Shown in pieces: positions 20,128 to 30,034 of a stretch of 64,000 nt of DNA. Position 1 is the first letter of the stretch. The number at the start of each line of letters is the position of its first letter. This stretch comes from Candidatus Shapirobacteria bacterium (GTDB lineage Bacteria > Patescibacteriota > Microgenomatia > UBA12405), in the NCBI GenBank assembly GCA_022837635.1, contig JALHFY010000001.1:317693-381692 (forward strand), written 5' to 3'. Below the pieces are notes generated by a model. The model saw only the letters and a program-made list of their open reading frames with translations. It was not told where the DNA came from and did not search any database. A program made the position numbers and the translations under genes.

Positions 20128-20147
20128 TTGACCTATCTATAGGTCAA
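20128..20147. promoter_or_regulatory. Palindrome TTGACCTA-tcta-TAGGTCAA within the serS upstream region (operator/hairpin candidate)
   Basis: Perfect 8-bp inverted repeat with 4-nt centre; neighbouring AAGCTT-containing repeated motifs at 20036-20062 and 20155-20182. Confidence 0.3.
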
Positions 20148-20222
20148 AAAATTAGAAAAGCTTCTGAAGAGAAAAAAGCTTATAAGTTTATATCAGCGGC
20201 TATTTTCCGCAAAGATGACAAT

Positions 20223-20462
20223 TTATTTAGTACTTAAATTTTCCATAACAGCAGTTTTTAAGGTGGCAATTTCCATTAAAAAATCGATGGTGGAAAAACG
20301 TTTATCAGTAGGAACATCAATTTGTAGTTCACAAGATTCGGGTTTAATTTCTAAACTAATACCCGTACCTAAGGAAATAAGAGTGTCACGTATACCTTCA
20401 AGGGTAACAGTGGAATTGGGAATAAATTTAACAGAGAGATGATAAATTTCTTTATTATTCAT
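20223..20462 (-). CDS. Small hypothetical protein downstream of lysS
   Basis: 79 aa ORF with start overlapping lysS stop by 8 nt (operon-like coupling); no recognisable motif; an overlapping plus-strand ORF also exists. Confidence 0.35.
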   Translation of the reverse strand: MNNKEIYHLSVKFIPNSTVTLEGIRDTLISLGTGISLEIKPESCELQIDVPTDKRFSTIDFLMEIATLKTAVMENLSTK

Positions 20463-21897
20463 TTCTCATTGAAGGAAATAAGATGACGTCTTTGATGGTG
20501 GGAGAGTCGGTGAGAAATTGGGTGATTCGATCAATACCCATCCCCCAGCCGGCGGTGGGAGGCATACCATACTCAAGAGCACGAATGTAATCATGATCTA
20601 ATTTCATAGCGGTTTGATCTCCTTTCTTACCTAACTTTTCTTCTTCTAACCAGCGAGCTTTTTGATTAGCAGGATCGTTTACTTCATTATAAGCTTTAAG
20701 CAGTTCAGCGCCGTGGATTATTAACTGGAAGGAGGCGATTTTTTCGGGATTGTCAGCTTTTCTCTTGGCTAAAGCAATCATTTCAGCTGGATAATCAATT
20801 AAAAACAATGGTCCTTCTAAATAAGGACGAACATATTCCTTGTAAAGAGCATCAAAACAAGCACCTAAGCCAATAACGCCGGTAAGATCAAGGCGCAGAT
20901 GGTGCTGCTTTAAGGTTTTTTTGAACTCGGATTCGGTTTTAATCTGATCAATGTCAACCCCAACTTTGTTCAAGATAGCATCTCGAAAAGTCAATCGTGG
21001 CAATGGAGTCTTAAAATTAATAGTTTTACCATTAAAAGTGAATTTTAGTTTACCTTTGATGCTTTTAATTAAATGTACCAACATCTTTTCAGTAAACTTC
21101 ATTAAAACTTCGTAATCCACATAGGCCCAGTAAAATTCCAATTGAGTAAATTCCGGATTGTGAAAACGAGAAACACTTTCGTTCCTAAAGTCTCTGGCAA
21201 ACTCAAAGACTTTTTCTAGACCGCCGACAATTAATCTTTTGAGATAAAGTTCATTGCTGATACGCAGATACATGTTTTGATTTAATTCATTGTGTTTAGT
21301 GATAAAGGGTTTAGCGGAAGCACCACCGTAGATAGGTTGTAAAATCGGTGTCTCGACTTCCAGAAAACCTTCTTTTATCAAAAATTGACGCAAGGTTTCA
21401 ACTATTTTACTTCTAGTTAAAAATACTTCTCGACTTTCGGGGTTAACAATCAAATCAACATAACGCTGACGGTAGCGTTCTTCGATATCAGTCAGACCAT
21501 GCCATTTTTCAGGTAGAGGACGGAGGTTTTTGGCTAAGATGACAAAATCACTAACTCTGATAGTAATTTCTCCAGCTTGGGTCTTAAAAACTTCACCTTG
21601 AGCCGAAATAATATCGCCCAAATCTAAGAGTTTGACTAAATCCATTTTTTCACCCAAAGTATTGGCTTCAAAAAAAAGTTGGATTTTGCCTTCTCTATCG
21701 ACAAGATCGGCAAAAAGAATTTTGCCATGACCGCGAAGCAACATCAGACGACCGGCCACAGTAGCTTTCCGACCAAGTTTCTTTTTGGCTTGTAAACTGG
21801 AATCTTTTTGAGAGAGATTGGGTTGAGGATAGGCGTCAAGACCTAAATCATAAATTTTTTGAAGTTTTTGACGGCGTTGAGTAGTAAGATCAGACAT
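20455..21897 (-). CDS. lysS: Lysyl-tRNA synthetase, class II
   Basis: N-terminal OB anticodon-binding domain, class II motifs, 480 aa. Confidence 0.9.
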   Translation of the reverse strand: MSDLTTQRRQKLQKIYDLGLDAYPQPNLSQKDSSLQAKKKLGRKATVAGRLMLLRGHGKILFADLVDREGKIQLFFEANTLGEKMDLVKLLDLGDIISAQGEVFKTQAGEITIRVSDFVILAKNLRPLPEKWHGLTDIEERYRQRYVDLIVNPESREVFLTRSKIVETLRQFLIKEGFLEVETPILQPIYGGASAKPFITKHNELNQNMYLRISNELYLKRLIVGGLEKVFEFARDFRNESVSRFHNPEFTQLEFYWAYVDYEVLMKFTEKMLVHLIKSIKGKLKFTFNGKTINFKTPLPRLTFRDAILNKVGVDIDQIKTESEFKKTLKQHHLRLDLTGVIGLGACFDALYKEYVRPYLEGPLFLIDYPAEMIALAKRKADNPEKIASFQLIIHGAELLKAYNEVNDPANQKARWLEEEKLGKKGDQTAMKLDHDYIRALEYGMPPTAGWGMGIDRITQFLTDSPTIKDVILFPSMRNE

Positions 21898-21918
21898 GAC
21901 CTATTTTATCAGGTTTTA

Positions 21919-22377
21919 TCAGACAATGCTGATGATTTTGTAGGTAACTTTACCGCCAGGAGCATCAATAACAAACTCGTCTTTGGCTTTTTTACCAATC
22001 ATGGCAAGACCTAGAGGTGAACTAGAGGAAATTTTATTCTGAGAGGGATCAGCTTCAAACTCACCGACAATATAGAAAGTTCTTTCGCCGTTACCGATAA
22101 TTTTAGTTTTAACTTTAGAACCGACTTGAATCGTTTTGGAGCTTTTTTTAGTGGTAATAATTTCGTAGTTTTCCAGAACTTCTTCAAGGGAAGCAATTTT
22201 GCTGTTGACTACTTCCAATTCAACCTTGAGTTGAGAAGCCAAAGAATCTTCTCCCGATTCATCGGGTTGAGCAACTTCCTCTATTTGGGTAATTAAATGA
22301 TCGGCTTTTTTCTTGAAATCTAAAAGATCGTCTTGAATTTGCTTGAGACCTTCTTTGGTCAATTGATTTTTGGACAT
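21919..22377 (-). CDS. greA: Transcription elongation factor GreA
   Basis: 152 aa; N-terminal coiled coil and C-terminal FKBP-like domain. Confidence 0.85.
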   Translation of the reverse strand: MSKNQLTKEGLKQIQDDLLDFKKKADHLITQIEEVAQPDESGEDSLASQLKVELEVVNSKIASLEEVLENYEIITTKKSSKTIQVGSKVKTKIIGNGERTFYIVGEFEADPSQNKISSSSPLGLAMIGKKAKDEFVIDAPGGKVTYKIISIV

Positions 22378-22513
22378 ATCAGTTTCAGGTCCCTATGTTA
22401 AACTAGGGAATAATTTTTGTCAAATAAAAGTGTTTAATTTTTTTAGATTTGTTCCAAAAAAGCGTCAGGTTAGGATAAAAAAAGGTGAAGGCCTAATTTT
22501 TCATAACCCCAAG

Positions 22514-23125
22514 ATGGGGCGACGACTACCTTTTTATATTGCTAATCTTTTGTTTTTAAGTGCTTTGGTTTATGGTGTCTATCTGTATGCTCCATTGATA
22601 AAAGCTATTGGTCATTATGAAATAAATAAAGATAAAGAAGTGGAGGTGGTCGTGGTACCAACATTAGTTCCGGAAGCACCTATAGACACAACTTACAAAG
22701 TAATAATCCCTAAAATACAAGCAGAAGCGGAGGTGAGAGAGGATGTCTCCCCTTTTGATCAAGCTGAATACAATCGAGTCTTAAAAGAAAATGTAGTGGC
22801 TCAAGCCAGTGGTTCTTTTCCACCGGGAAGTGGAGTTGGGCGATCAACTTATATTTTTGCCCATTCAACCAATGCCAATCCAAGTAGCGTCAGGAATAAT
22901 GCAGTTTTCTATCTCTTGGGTAAATTAGAAGTTGATGATCAAATTGTAATTAATTATCACGGTGATTATAAAAATTATCGTGTTTATGAGAAAAAGGTAA
23001 TTAAACCAGATATTTTGGATTTTTTAACCTATAGTGATCCAAACAGGGAAGTCTTGATTTTACAGACTTGTTGGCCAATCGGTACTGATTGGAATAGATT
23101 ATTGGTCTTGGCGGAAGCAATTTGA
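22514..23125 (+). CDS. Sortase family transpeptidase
   Basis: N-terminal TM anchor; catalytic His (YIFAHS), TLxTC-type Cys motif LILQTCWP, and Arg (NRLLV); start placed at internal ATG 22514 because the longer ORF from 22370 overlaps greA. Confidence 0.75.
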   Translation: MGRRLPFYIANLLFLSALVYGVYLYAPLIKAIGHYEINKDKEVEVVVVPTLVPEAPIDTTYKVIIPKIQAEAEVREDVSPFDQAEYNRVLKENVVAQASGSFPPGSGVGRSTYIFAHSTNANPSSVRNNAVFYLLGKLEVDDQIVINYHGDYKNYRVYEKKVIKPDILDFLTYSDPNREVLILQTCWPIGTDWNRLLVLAEAI

Positions 23126-23126
23126 T

Positions 23127-24557
23127 ATGGTGCTAGATTTAAGTCTTAATCGGAAAGAAGTAGATTTTTGGCCAACTTTGGCAGAGGTTGTTAGTCAGAA
23201 TGGGTATGACCAAGAAAAGATAAAGAAAGCCTATGACATGGCTAAAAATTTTTATAAGGAGGAAAAAAGGAATTCAGGAGAGTTATATTTGTCACATCCT
23301 ACTTGGATGGCAAAATTAGTGGCACAGTTAAAGGTCGGTGAAGAGGCAGTAATTGCAGCACTGTTACATGAGTCAGCAGCCTATGAGATAGAACTGGAAA
23401 AAATTGCCGAGGAATTTGGTGATGAGGTGGCTCTATTGGTAGATGGATTAACTGAGGTTAGAAAAAAAACAGGTGGAGTGGAGGTTCAAAAAGATAATGT
23501 GGAAATTTTTAGAAGGTTTTTATTTTCATCAGTCGATGATGTCCGAGTATTGATAATCCGCTTAAGCGACAAGCTTCATGATGGCTTAACTATTGACGGA
23601 CTGTCAAGGGAAGAACAAAAAGACTTTGCCCAAAGGGTTCTGGGAATATATTCACCGATTGCTGAATATGTAGGTTTGCACTTTTTTAAGAGGAAATTGG
23701 ATGATATTGCTTTTAAGGCTATTAATCCAGAAATGGCTGAGAAAATGGAAAAATTAATTGAATCCAGAAAAAATGATGAAGTTAAGGCCTTGGCACTGGT
23801 TAGAAATGAAATTGAGGAAATGCTTAAAATTAATAATATTGATAAATATGAAATACAAGGGAGAATCAAAAGTTTATATAGTACTTATCTGAAGATAAAA
23901 AGTAAAGGTGAGGATAGGGTTAAAGACCGAGTTGGGATTAGAATTTTAACTGAATCTATAGCCGATTGTTATAATGTCTTGGGATTACTGCATGCCAAAT
24001 ATAAGTATCTATCAGAAGAATTTAACGATTATATTTCTGATCCAAAACCAAACGGTTATCGGTCTCTACAGACAACTCTAAACTGGAAAGGAAAGACAAC
24101 TCTTGAGGTCCAAATCAGAACTTTTAAGATGCATGAATTCAATGAGTTCGGTCCAGCCTCTCATATTGCTTATAAAATGCGTGATAAAAAACAAAGTGGT
24201 AAGGGTTATGAGTGGGTTAAAGAACTAATTAATTGGCAGCAAAATGATAAAAATGTAAATACCTACAAGATAAAGGTTTTAAGTAATTTCATCTATGTCT
24301 CGACACCTAAAGGAGATATTATCCAACTCCCAAAAGGAGCCACGGCTTTGGATTTTGCTTATAGAATTCATACAGAGATTGGTGATCATTGTATGGGAGC
24401 AAAAATTAATCACAAAATGGGGAAAATATCAACAGTTCTAGCCAGTGGAGATGTGGTTGAAATTATAACTAATAATAAAATCAATGTGAGAAAAAATTGG
24501 TTAGAATTAGTCACCACTCGCTGGGCCAAGGAACACATTAAGAAAATGACTGCATGA
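23127..24557 (+). CDS. Short RelA/SpoT homologue: degenerate HD domain + (p)ppGpp synthetase domain + TGS domain, no ACT/RIS C-terminus
   Basis: LSHPTWMAKLVA, LLHESAAYE (HD to HE, EDT lost), synthetase motifs DRVGIRILTE, YRSLQTTL (H to Q), EVQIRTFKMHEF, TGS-like block; 476 aa. Confidence 0.75.
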   Translation: MVLDLSLNRKEVDFWPTLAEVVSQNGYDQEKIKKAYDMAKNFYKEEKRNSGELYLSHPTWMAKLVAQLKVGEEAVIAALLHESAAYEIELEKIAEEFGDEVALLVDGLTEVRKKTGGVEVQKDNVEIFRRFLFSSVDDVRVLIIRLSDKLHDGLTIDGLSREEQKDFAQRVLGIYSPIAEYVGLHFFKRKLDDIAFKAINPEMAEKMEKLIESRKNDEVKALALVRNEIEEMLKINNIDKYEIQGRIKSLYSTYLKIKSKGEDRVKDRVGIRILTESIADCYNVLGLLHAKYKYLSEEFNDYISDPKPNGYRSLQTTLNWKGKTTLEVQIRTFKMHEFNEFGPASHIAYKMRDKKQSGKGYEWVKELINWQQNDKNVNTYKIKVLSNFIYVSTPKGDIIQLPKGATALDFAYRIHTEIGDHCMGAKINHKMGKISTVLASGDVVEIITNNKINVRKNWLELVTTRWAKEHIKKMTA

Positions 24558-25776
24558 GTTTTTTACGATAAGCGTTAGCAAAACGATGAGCTTCGTTGCG
24601 TAAGTTTTCAAGCAAGAGTAGAGCGGAGGAATTTTGGGGTAAATTAAATTCTAACCAGTTATTTTTATGTCTTAAAACTATGGTTTCAAATTTTTTAGCC
24701 AAACCAATAAGGGGAATGTCAGTAATGGTAGCCACCGAAGAGACCTGGGCTTTACCGCCATCAACGACAATGAGATCTGGTAGAGGCCATTCAAGATGAC
24801 GAAGACGACGAGAAACTACCTCCCGAAGCATAAATTGATCATCAGCGATTTGTTTACTTTTAATTTTGAATTTTCTATATTGACTTTTATCAATATGACC
24901 ATGTTGCCAAACAACCATAGCACCGACAAAATATTTATTACCTAGTTGTGAGATATCATAAACTTCAAAACGTTTGATTTTATCAATATTAAGATAAGGC
25001 TTGAGGACAGTTTCCAATTCGTTAATAGCTTGAGAGTTTTTGTCATCACTTAAGTTTATATTTTCAAACATCGATTTGAGATTATGCCAACCAGAAGTGA
25101 TATAGGTGAGAGCATCAAGTTGGTGACGTAACTGAAGAGCGTTTTCGTAGTCTTGATTTTTTGAGGCCTGTTTCATTTCTTTGGAAAGAGAAGAGATAAG
25201 AGAAGTGAATTTACCATTCAAGATTTTTTTAATTTTTTGAATGTTTTGAAGATAAGCAATTGGGTCGGGATTAGGACCAGGACATAAACCTAAATGACAA
25301 TAAAGACAGAGACGAGGAGGGTGACGTTCTTGGCTTCTGAAAGGAAAGATTTTTCTAAGAGTTTTTAGGAGGGAGTGGACAGCTGAACCATTTGGAAAGG
25401 GACCAAAGATATCAGCCTTTGGAGGGAGACTGCTAAAATGAGCCGTAAAAACACGGGGGATTTTTTCTTTAGTAATGCAAATATAAAGGTAGGAACGATT
25501 ATCTTTTAGAAGAGAATTATATTTAGGAGTGTGTTTTTTAATTAAAGAAGCTTCTAAAATTAGGGCTTCAATTTCAGAACCAACAAGATGAGTTTCAATA
25601 GAATCAATTTGAGAAACCAGACTTTGAGTTTTAGGGCCTAAAGCATCACGACCAAGAAAATATTGAGAGACTCTTTTTTTAAGGTTAATGGCTTTACCAA
25701 CATAAATAATTTCACCGACTCGATTTTTATAAATGTAAACACCCGGTGAGTTGGGTAAATTTTTTAAATCCAACAT
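24538..25776 (-). CDS. uvrC: Excinuclease ABC subunit C, truncated form lacking the C-terminal (HhH)2 domain
   Basis: GIY-YIG N-terminus (GVYIYKN..IIYVGKA), Cys cluster CLYCHLGLCPGP, RNase-H-like endonuclease motif RNEAHRFANAYRKK near the C-terminus; 412 aa. Confidence 0.8.
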   Translation of the reverse strand: MLDLKNLPNSPGVYIYKNRVGEIIYVGKAINLKKRVSQYFLGRDALGPKTQSLVSQIDSIETHLVGSEIEALILEASLIKKHTPKYNSLLKDNRSYLYICITKEKIPRVFTAHFSSLPPKADIFGPFPNGSAVHSLLKTLRKIFPFRSQERHPPRLCLYCHLGLCPGPNPDPIAYLQNIQKIKKILNGKFTSLISSLSKEMKQASKNQDYENALQLRHQLDALTYITSGWHNLKSMFENINLSDDKNSQAINELETVLKPYLNIDKIKRFEVYDISQLGNKYFVGAMVVWQHGHIDKSQYRKFKIKSKQIADDQFMLREVVSRRLRHLEWPLPDLIVVDGGKAQVSSVATITDIPLIGLAKKFETIVLRHKNNWLEFNLPQNSSALLLLENLRNEAHRFANAYRKKLMQSFS

Positions 25777-25796
25777 AGACTATTATATAATGAGCT

Positions 25797-27332
25797 ATGT
25801 CTCGAAAAGATAAATTATTAACGATAGTTTTTGGGATTGTTTTTTTGATTTCAGCAATTCTTCGTTTTGAGCAAACTAAAAATAATTATTTTCCTTTTAC
25901 CTATGATCAAGCTCGAGACATGTTGGATATTAGAGCTTTGGGTGAATTGAAGGATTTATGGGTAATGGGACCGACAACTTCAATTAATGGTTTGAGACTA
26001 GGTCCTTTTTATTATTATCTAATGTTACCGGCTTACTGGTTTGGAGGAGGTAGTCCGCAAGCTTTAGTCAACTGGAATATAATTTTGTTTTTAATTTCAG
26101 GATTAGCAATATTTTTATATTTTCGAAAAAGAAATATCGTTTTGGGAACAATAATAAGCACAATTTATTTAATGGCCCCACGACTTTTTGACACCACTAG
26201 ATATTTTTGGAATGCTCATAGTGCCACTATCATTAGTGTTTATTTTTATCTAGCTTTGTGGAATTTTGTTGAAAAAAAAGATAAAAAAGCTGTTTTTTGG
26301 CTAGGACTAACAGCGAGTGTACTGTTACAATTTGAAGCGGCTTTTGGCATAATTGCCCTAATCTTTTCAGGATTAATTATTTTTATAAATAGTAAATTTA
26401 GGTACAGTAAGGAATTTTTGCTGGGAGTAGTACCTTGGTTTTTACCACAGGTGGCAGTGGAAGTTAAAAATAAATTTCAAATGAGTAAGTTGCTTTTGGG
26501 AATGTTTTCGGGTAGCAACCAAGTACTTGGTGACAAAATAACCTTAAAAGAGACGATTGTCTCACATATTGAAAGTTTTGGAAAAATGTTGGAAGGACAG
26601 TTTATCTTACCAATGAATTTGGGATTAATTTTAGGAATACTGGCCTTAATCTCGGTGTTTTTATTTAAAAAATATCAAAAAATAAATAAATATTTCTGGT
26701 GCTTTTGGATTTTTTCATGGTTATTTTATGTAATTGTCTATCATCATCCGATTAAGGAATGGTATTTGGAAAGTCTACGAGTTTGGTATTGTTTTGTAGT
26801 TGGAGTCGCCATTTTTAATTGGATTAATAACAAAAAAATAATCGCTTTCATGATAATTTTATTTTTCTTAAGAAATCTATGGGGAACAATACAAGAACAG
26901 GGAGTATTTGAAAAGGTGAGATTGAGTAATGATCCTAAAAATATGGCTAATTTATTAACAAATATTGATTGGGTTTATCAACGAATAGGTGATGAAGGTT
27001 TTGAAGCTTATTCTTATGTCCCGGAAGTATATGAGTATCCTCAACAATATATTTATTGGTGGTATGGTAGGAAAAAATATGGTTATATGCCAAACAAGGT
27101 TTCTTATAGTCTGAAGGAAGTACCTGAGTATATCCGAGAACAAAATCAATATTATGATAAGGTGAGAGACAAAAAAGGTAATAGAATTGCTTTGATTTAT
27201 GAAACTAAAAGAGATTATCAGGAATGGTTGAAACAATTTAAGAATTACTGTGTCTTGGAAGAATGGGGTACGGAATGGAATACAAAGGTGGAAATTAGAG
27301 AAGTTTGTCCTTTAGGGAAAATAGCGCCGTAA
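25797..27332 (+). CDS. GT-C fold polytopic membrane glycosyltransferase-like protein, paralog of 1376..2815
   Basis: YDQARDMLDIRALGE...GPTTSINGLRLGPFYYYLMLPA aligns with GDQGRDVLIVRDF...GPQTSVGNMYLGPFYYYLIAPS of the other copy; many TM helices. Confidence 0.55.
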   Translation: MSRKDKLLTIVFGIVFLISAILRFEQTKNNYFPFTYDQARDMLDIRALGELKDLWVMGPTTSINGLRLGPFYYYLMLPAYWFGGGSPQALVNWNIILFLISGLAIFLYFRKRNIVLGTIISTIYLMAPRLFDTTRYFWNAHSATIISVYFYLALWNFVEKKDKKAVFWLGLTASVLLQFEAAFGIIALIFSGLIIFINSKFRYSKEFLLGVVPWFLPQVAVEVKNKFQMSKLLLGMFSGSNQVLGDKITLKETIVSHIESFGKMLEGQFILPMNLGLILGILALISVFLFKKYQKINKYFWCFWIFSWLFYVIVYHHPIKEWYLESLRVWYCFVVGVAIFNWINNKKIIAFMIILFFLRNLWGTIQEQGVFEKVRLSNDPKNMANLLTNIDWVYQRIGDEGFEAYSYVPEVYEYPQQYIYWWYGRKKYGYMPNKVSYSLKEVPEYIREQNQYYDKVRDKKGNRIALIYETKRDYQEWLKQFKNYCVLEEWGTEWNTKVEIREVCPLGKIAP

Positions 27333-29993
27333 GTATTGACCGGTATAAGATTCGGCTACTTTAGAAACAGCTTCCGGAGTACCGGCAGCAACCACTTCCC
27401 CACCCTGGTCACCACCTTCAGGTCCCAAATCAATAATCCAATCACTATTTTTAATAACCTCTAAATTGTGTTCGATAACCACCACGCTATTACCCATATC
27501 AACCAATTTTCGAAGAACTTTGATTAATTTATCAACATCATAAAAATGAAGACCGGTGGTAGGTTCATCGAGGATATAAAGGAGCTGACCATTAATTTTT
27601 TTGACTAATTCCCGACTGATTTTAAGACGTTGAGATTCTCCGCCGGAGAGAGTATTGCTGGGTTGACCAAGTTTGAGATAACCGAGACCGACTTCTTGAA
27701 TTGTCCGAATACGTCGGCTGATAGAGTTAATATTTTTGAAAAAATCAGCGGCTTCATCAAAGGTCATATCCAAAATGTCAGCGATATTTTTACCTTTATA
27801 AACAACTTCTAAAGTCTCATCTTTGTAACGACTACCATGACATTGATCACAGGTGACATAAATATCCGGTAAAAATTGCATTTCAATTTTAATCTGTCCT
27901 TGACCTTCGCAAGCTTCGCAACGACCACCTTTGCTATTAAAAGAAAAACGGCCAGGACCAAAGCCTCTAATTTGAGCTTCGGTAGTTTGGGCCATCAGTT
28001 TTCTGATATCATCGAAAACTTTAGTGTAAGTGGCGGGATTACTTCTGGGAGTACGACCAATGGGTGATTGGTCAACTAAAAGCACATCACTGAGATATTC
28101 AGCGCCTTCAATTTTGTCATAGTCACCGATAGTGCCGTAATAAGAACCGAGAGTGGCTTTGCGAACACCACCATAGAGAGTATCGTGAACCAAGGTGGAT
28201 TTACCAGAACCGGAAACACCGGTGACAGAGATTAATTTATGAAGGGGGAAATCAACGTTGATGTTTTTTAAGTTCCATTGACGGGCGCCGGTAATGGAAA
28301 TTTTTTGATTGGACAGAGGTAGAGACACACCACTAGGTATCTCTACAGAGCTAATTTTTTTCTGACCGGATAAATATTGGCCGGTGAGAGATTTGGGATT
28401 ATTTTTAATTTGAGCAAGAGTACCCTCAGCGACTATTTCTCCACCATCTTTACCGGCATAGGGACCAAAATCAACGATATAATCGGCGGATTTGATGACA
28501 TCCTCATCATGTTCGACGACCACGACAGTATTACCCAGATTTTTAAGTTTTTGTAGCGTAGCTATCAGGCGATCATTGTCACGGGAATGAAGACCAATGG
28601 TAGGTTCATCAAGAATATAAAGCACACCGGTCAGACCGGTGCCGATTTGGGAAGCTAAGCGAATCCGTTGAGATTCGCCTGAGGAAAGGGTACCAGCTTC
28701 ACGGTTTAAACTGAGATAATCAAGACCGACGGCTAACAAAAATTCCAGGCGGGAAAAAATTTCCTGACTGATGGAGGTGAGGATTTCTTGTTCTTGAGGA
28801 CTATCTAATTTCTGAGGTAAAACTTTAATCCATTGAAAAAGTTTTTCGATAGAATAGCGACTGATTTGGGCGATATTTTCACCTAAAACAGTAATGGAGA
28901 GGGCTTCGTGGTTGAGACGGTCACCTCGACAAAGAGGACAAGCTTCTTTAATCATAAATGACTCTAGTTCTTCACGAATAGTTTCATTTTGAGTCGTAAA
29001 ATAACGACCTTCCAACATGCGAGCTTTCCATTCAGGAAATTTGGAGCGGTCGATTTGATATTTGGAACCCAAACCTTTACATTCGGGACAAGCACCTTGA
29101 GGTGAATTAAAAGAAAACAAACTGGGTTCAATGGGAGGTAAAGAAATATTACAAATAGGACAGGCAAAATTTTCTGAAAAAAGAGTCTCTCGGTAATTTT
29201 TAGGATCCTGGGGAAAATCAAAGCCAGGATCATCGATCAGAGCCATAATAACTTGACCATTACTAAGTTTGAGAGCCAACTCAACATCATCAATGAGACG
29301 ACTGTAAAGATTATCAGTGTTTTTAAGAGTTTTTTTGTCAACCGAGAGTCGATCACAAACGGCGTCGATATTATGTTTATTACTTTTAGCAATACCAAAA
29401 TCGGAATAAAGATCAATGATTTTGCCGTCAATACGCATCCACTTAAAACCTTGTTTGCGTAAATTTTCCACCAAACCTCTAAAATCTCCGGCTTTATTTC
29501 TAATCAAAGGAGACAAAATTAAAAAACGGGTGGGACTGGAAGATGATTCCTGTTTTAAGGTATTGATAATTTGGGTAACAATTTGTTTACTGGTTTGTGG
29601 GATGACTTCACGGCCACAATTAGGACAGTGAGGGTGGCCGATACGGGCAAAAAGCAAGCGTAAATAATCATAAATTTCGGTGACAGTACCAACAGTGGAA
29701 CGAGGATTGTGAGAAATGGCTTTTTGATTGATAGCGATAGAAGGTGACAGTCCTTCAATCAGATCAACTTCCGGACGTTTGAGATTACCTAAAAATTGCC
29801 GAGCATAGGAAGAGAGACTTTCGACATAACGACGTTGGCCTTCGGCAAAGAGAGTATCAAAGGCCATGGATGACTTACCGGAACCGGAAACACCGGTAAA
29901 AACGACAAATTTATTTTTAGGAAAATCAAAGGAAAGGTTTTTAAGATTGTTTTCTCTAGCTCCTTTGACAATAATTTTATCGGTCATAAGCAA
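27312..29993 (-). CDS. uvrA: Excinuclease ABC subunit A
   Basis: Two ABC ATPase modules (GVSGSGKSS and GVSGSGKST), zinc-finger Cys pairs, 893 aa. Confidence 0.95.
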   Translation of the reverse strand: MLMTDKIIVKGARENNLKNLSFDFPKNKFVVFTGVSGSGKSSMAFDTLFAEGQRRYVESLSSYARQFLGNLKRPEVDLIEGLSPSIAINQKAISHNPRSTVGTVTEIYDYLRLLFARIGHPHCPNCGREVIPQTSKQIVTQIINTLKQESSSSPTRFLILSPLIRNKAGDFRGLVENLRKQGFKWMRIDGKIIDLYSDFGIAKSNKHNIDAVCDRLSVDKKTLKNTDNLYSRLIDDVELALKLSNGQVIMALIDDPGFDFPQDPKNYRETLFSENFACPICNISLPPIEPSLFSFNSPQGACPECKGLGSKYQIDRSKFPEWKARMLEGRYFTTQNETIREELESFMIKEACPLCRGDRLNHEALSITVLGENIAQISRYSIEKLFQWIKVLPQKLDSPQEQEILTSISQEIFSRLEFLLAVGLDYLSLNREAGTLSSGESQRIRLASQIGTGLTGVLYILDEPTIGLHSRDNDRLIATLQKLKNLGNTVVVVEHDEDVIKSADYIVDFGPYAGKDGGEIVAEGTLAQIKNNPKSLTGQYLSGQKKISSVEIPSGVSLPLSNQKISITGARQWNLKNINVDFPLHKLISVTGVSGSGKSTLVHDTLYGGVRKATLGSYYGTIGDYDKIEGAEYLSDVLLVDQSPIGRTPRSNPATYTKVFDDIRKLMAQTTEAQIRGFGPGRFSFNSKGGRCEACEGQGQIKIEMQFLPDIYVTCDQCHGSRYKDETLEVVYKGKNIADILDMTFDEAADFFKNINSISRRIRTIQEVGLGYLKLGQPSNTLSGGESQRLKISRELVKKINGQLLYILDEPTTGLHFYDVDKLIKVLRKLVDMGNSVVVIEHNLEVIKNSDWIIDLGPEGGDQGGEVVAAGTPEAVSKVAESYTGQYLRRYFP

Positions 29994-30034
29994 CTGTTAA
30001 TTATACAAGAAAAGTTTCGGTTTGTCTTCGGGTT

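Noticed and set aside
20016-20222. T-box riboswitch upstream of serS
   Set aside because: Region is only about 200 nt and lacks the conserved T-box sequence (AAUUAGGGUGGUACCGCG-like) and specifier-loop architecture on the minus strand.
22370-22513. Longer sortase ORF starting at 22370
   Set aside because: Would overlap the convergent greA; translation before the internal Met is low-complexity; the TM anchor starts right after Met at 22514.
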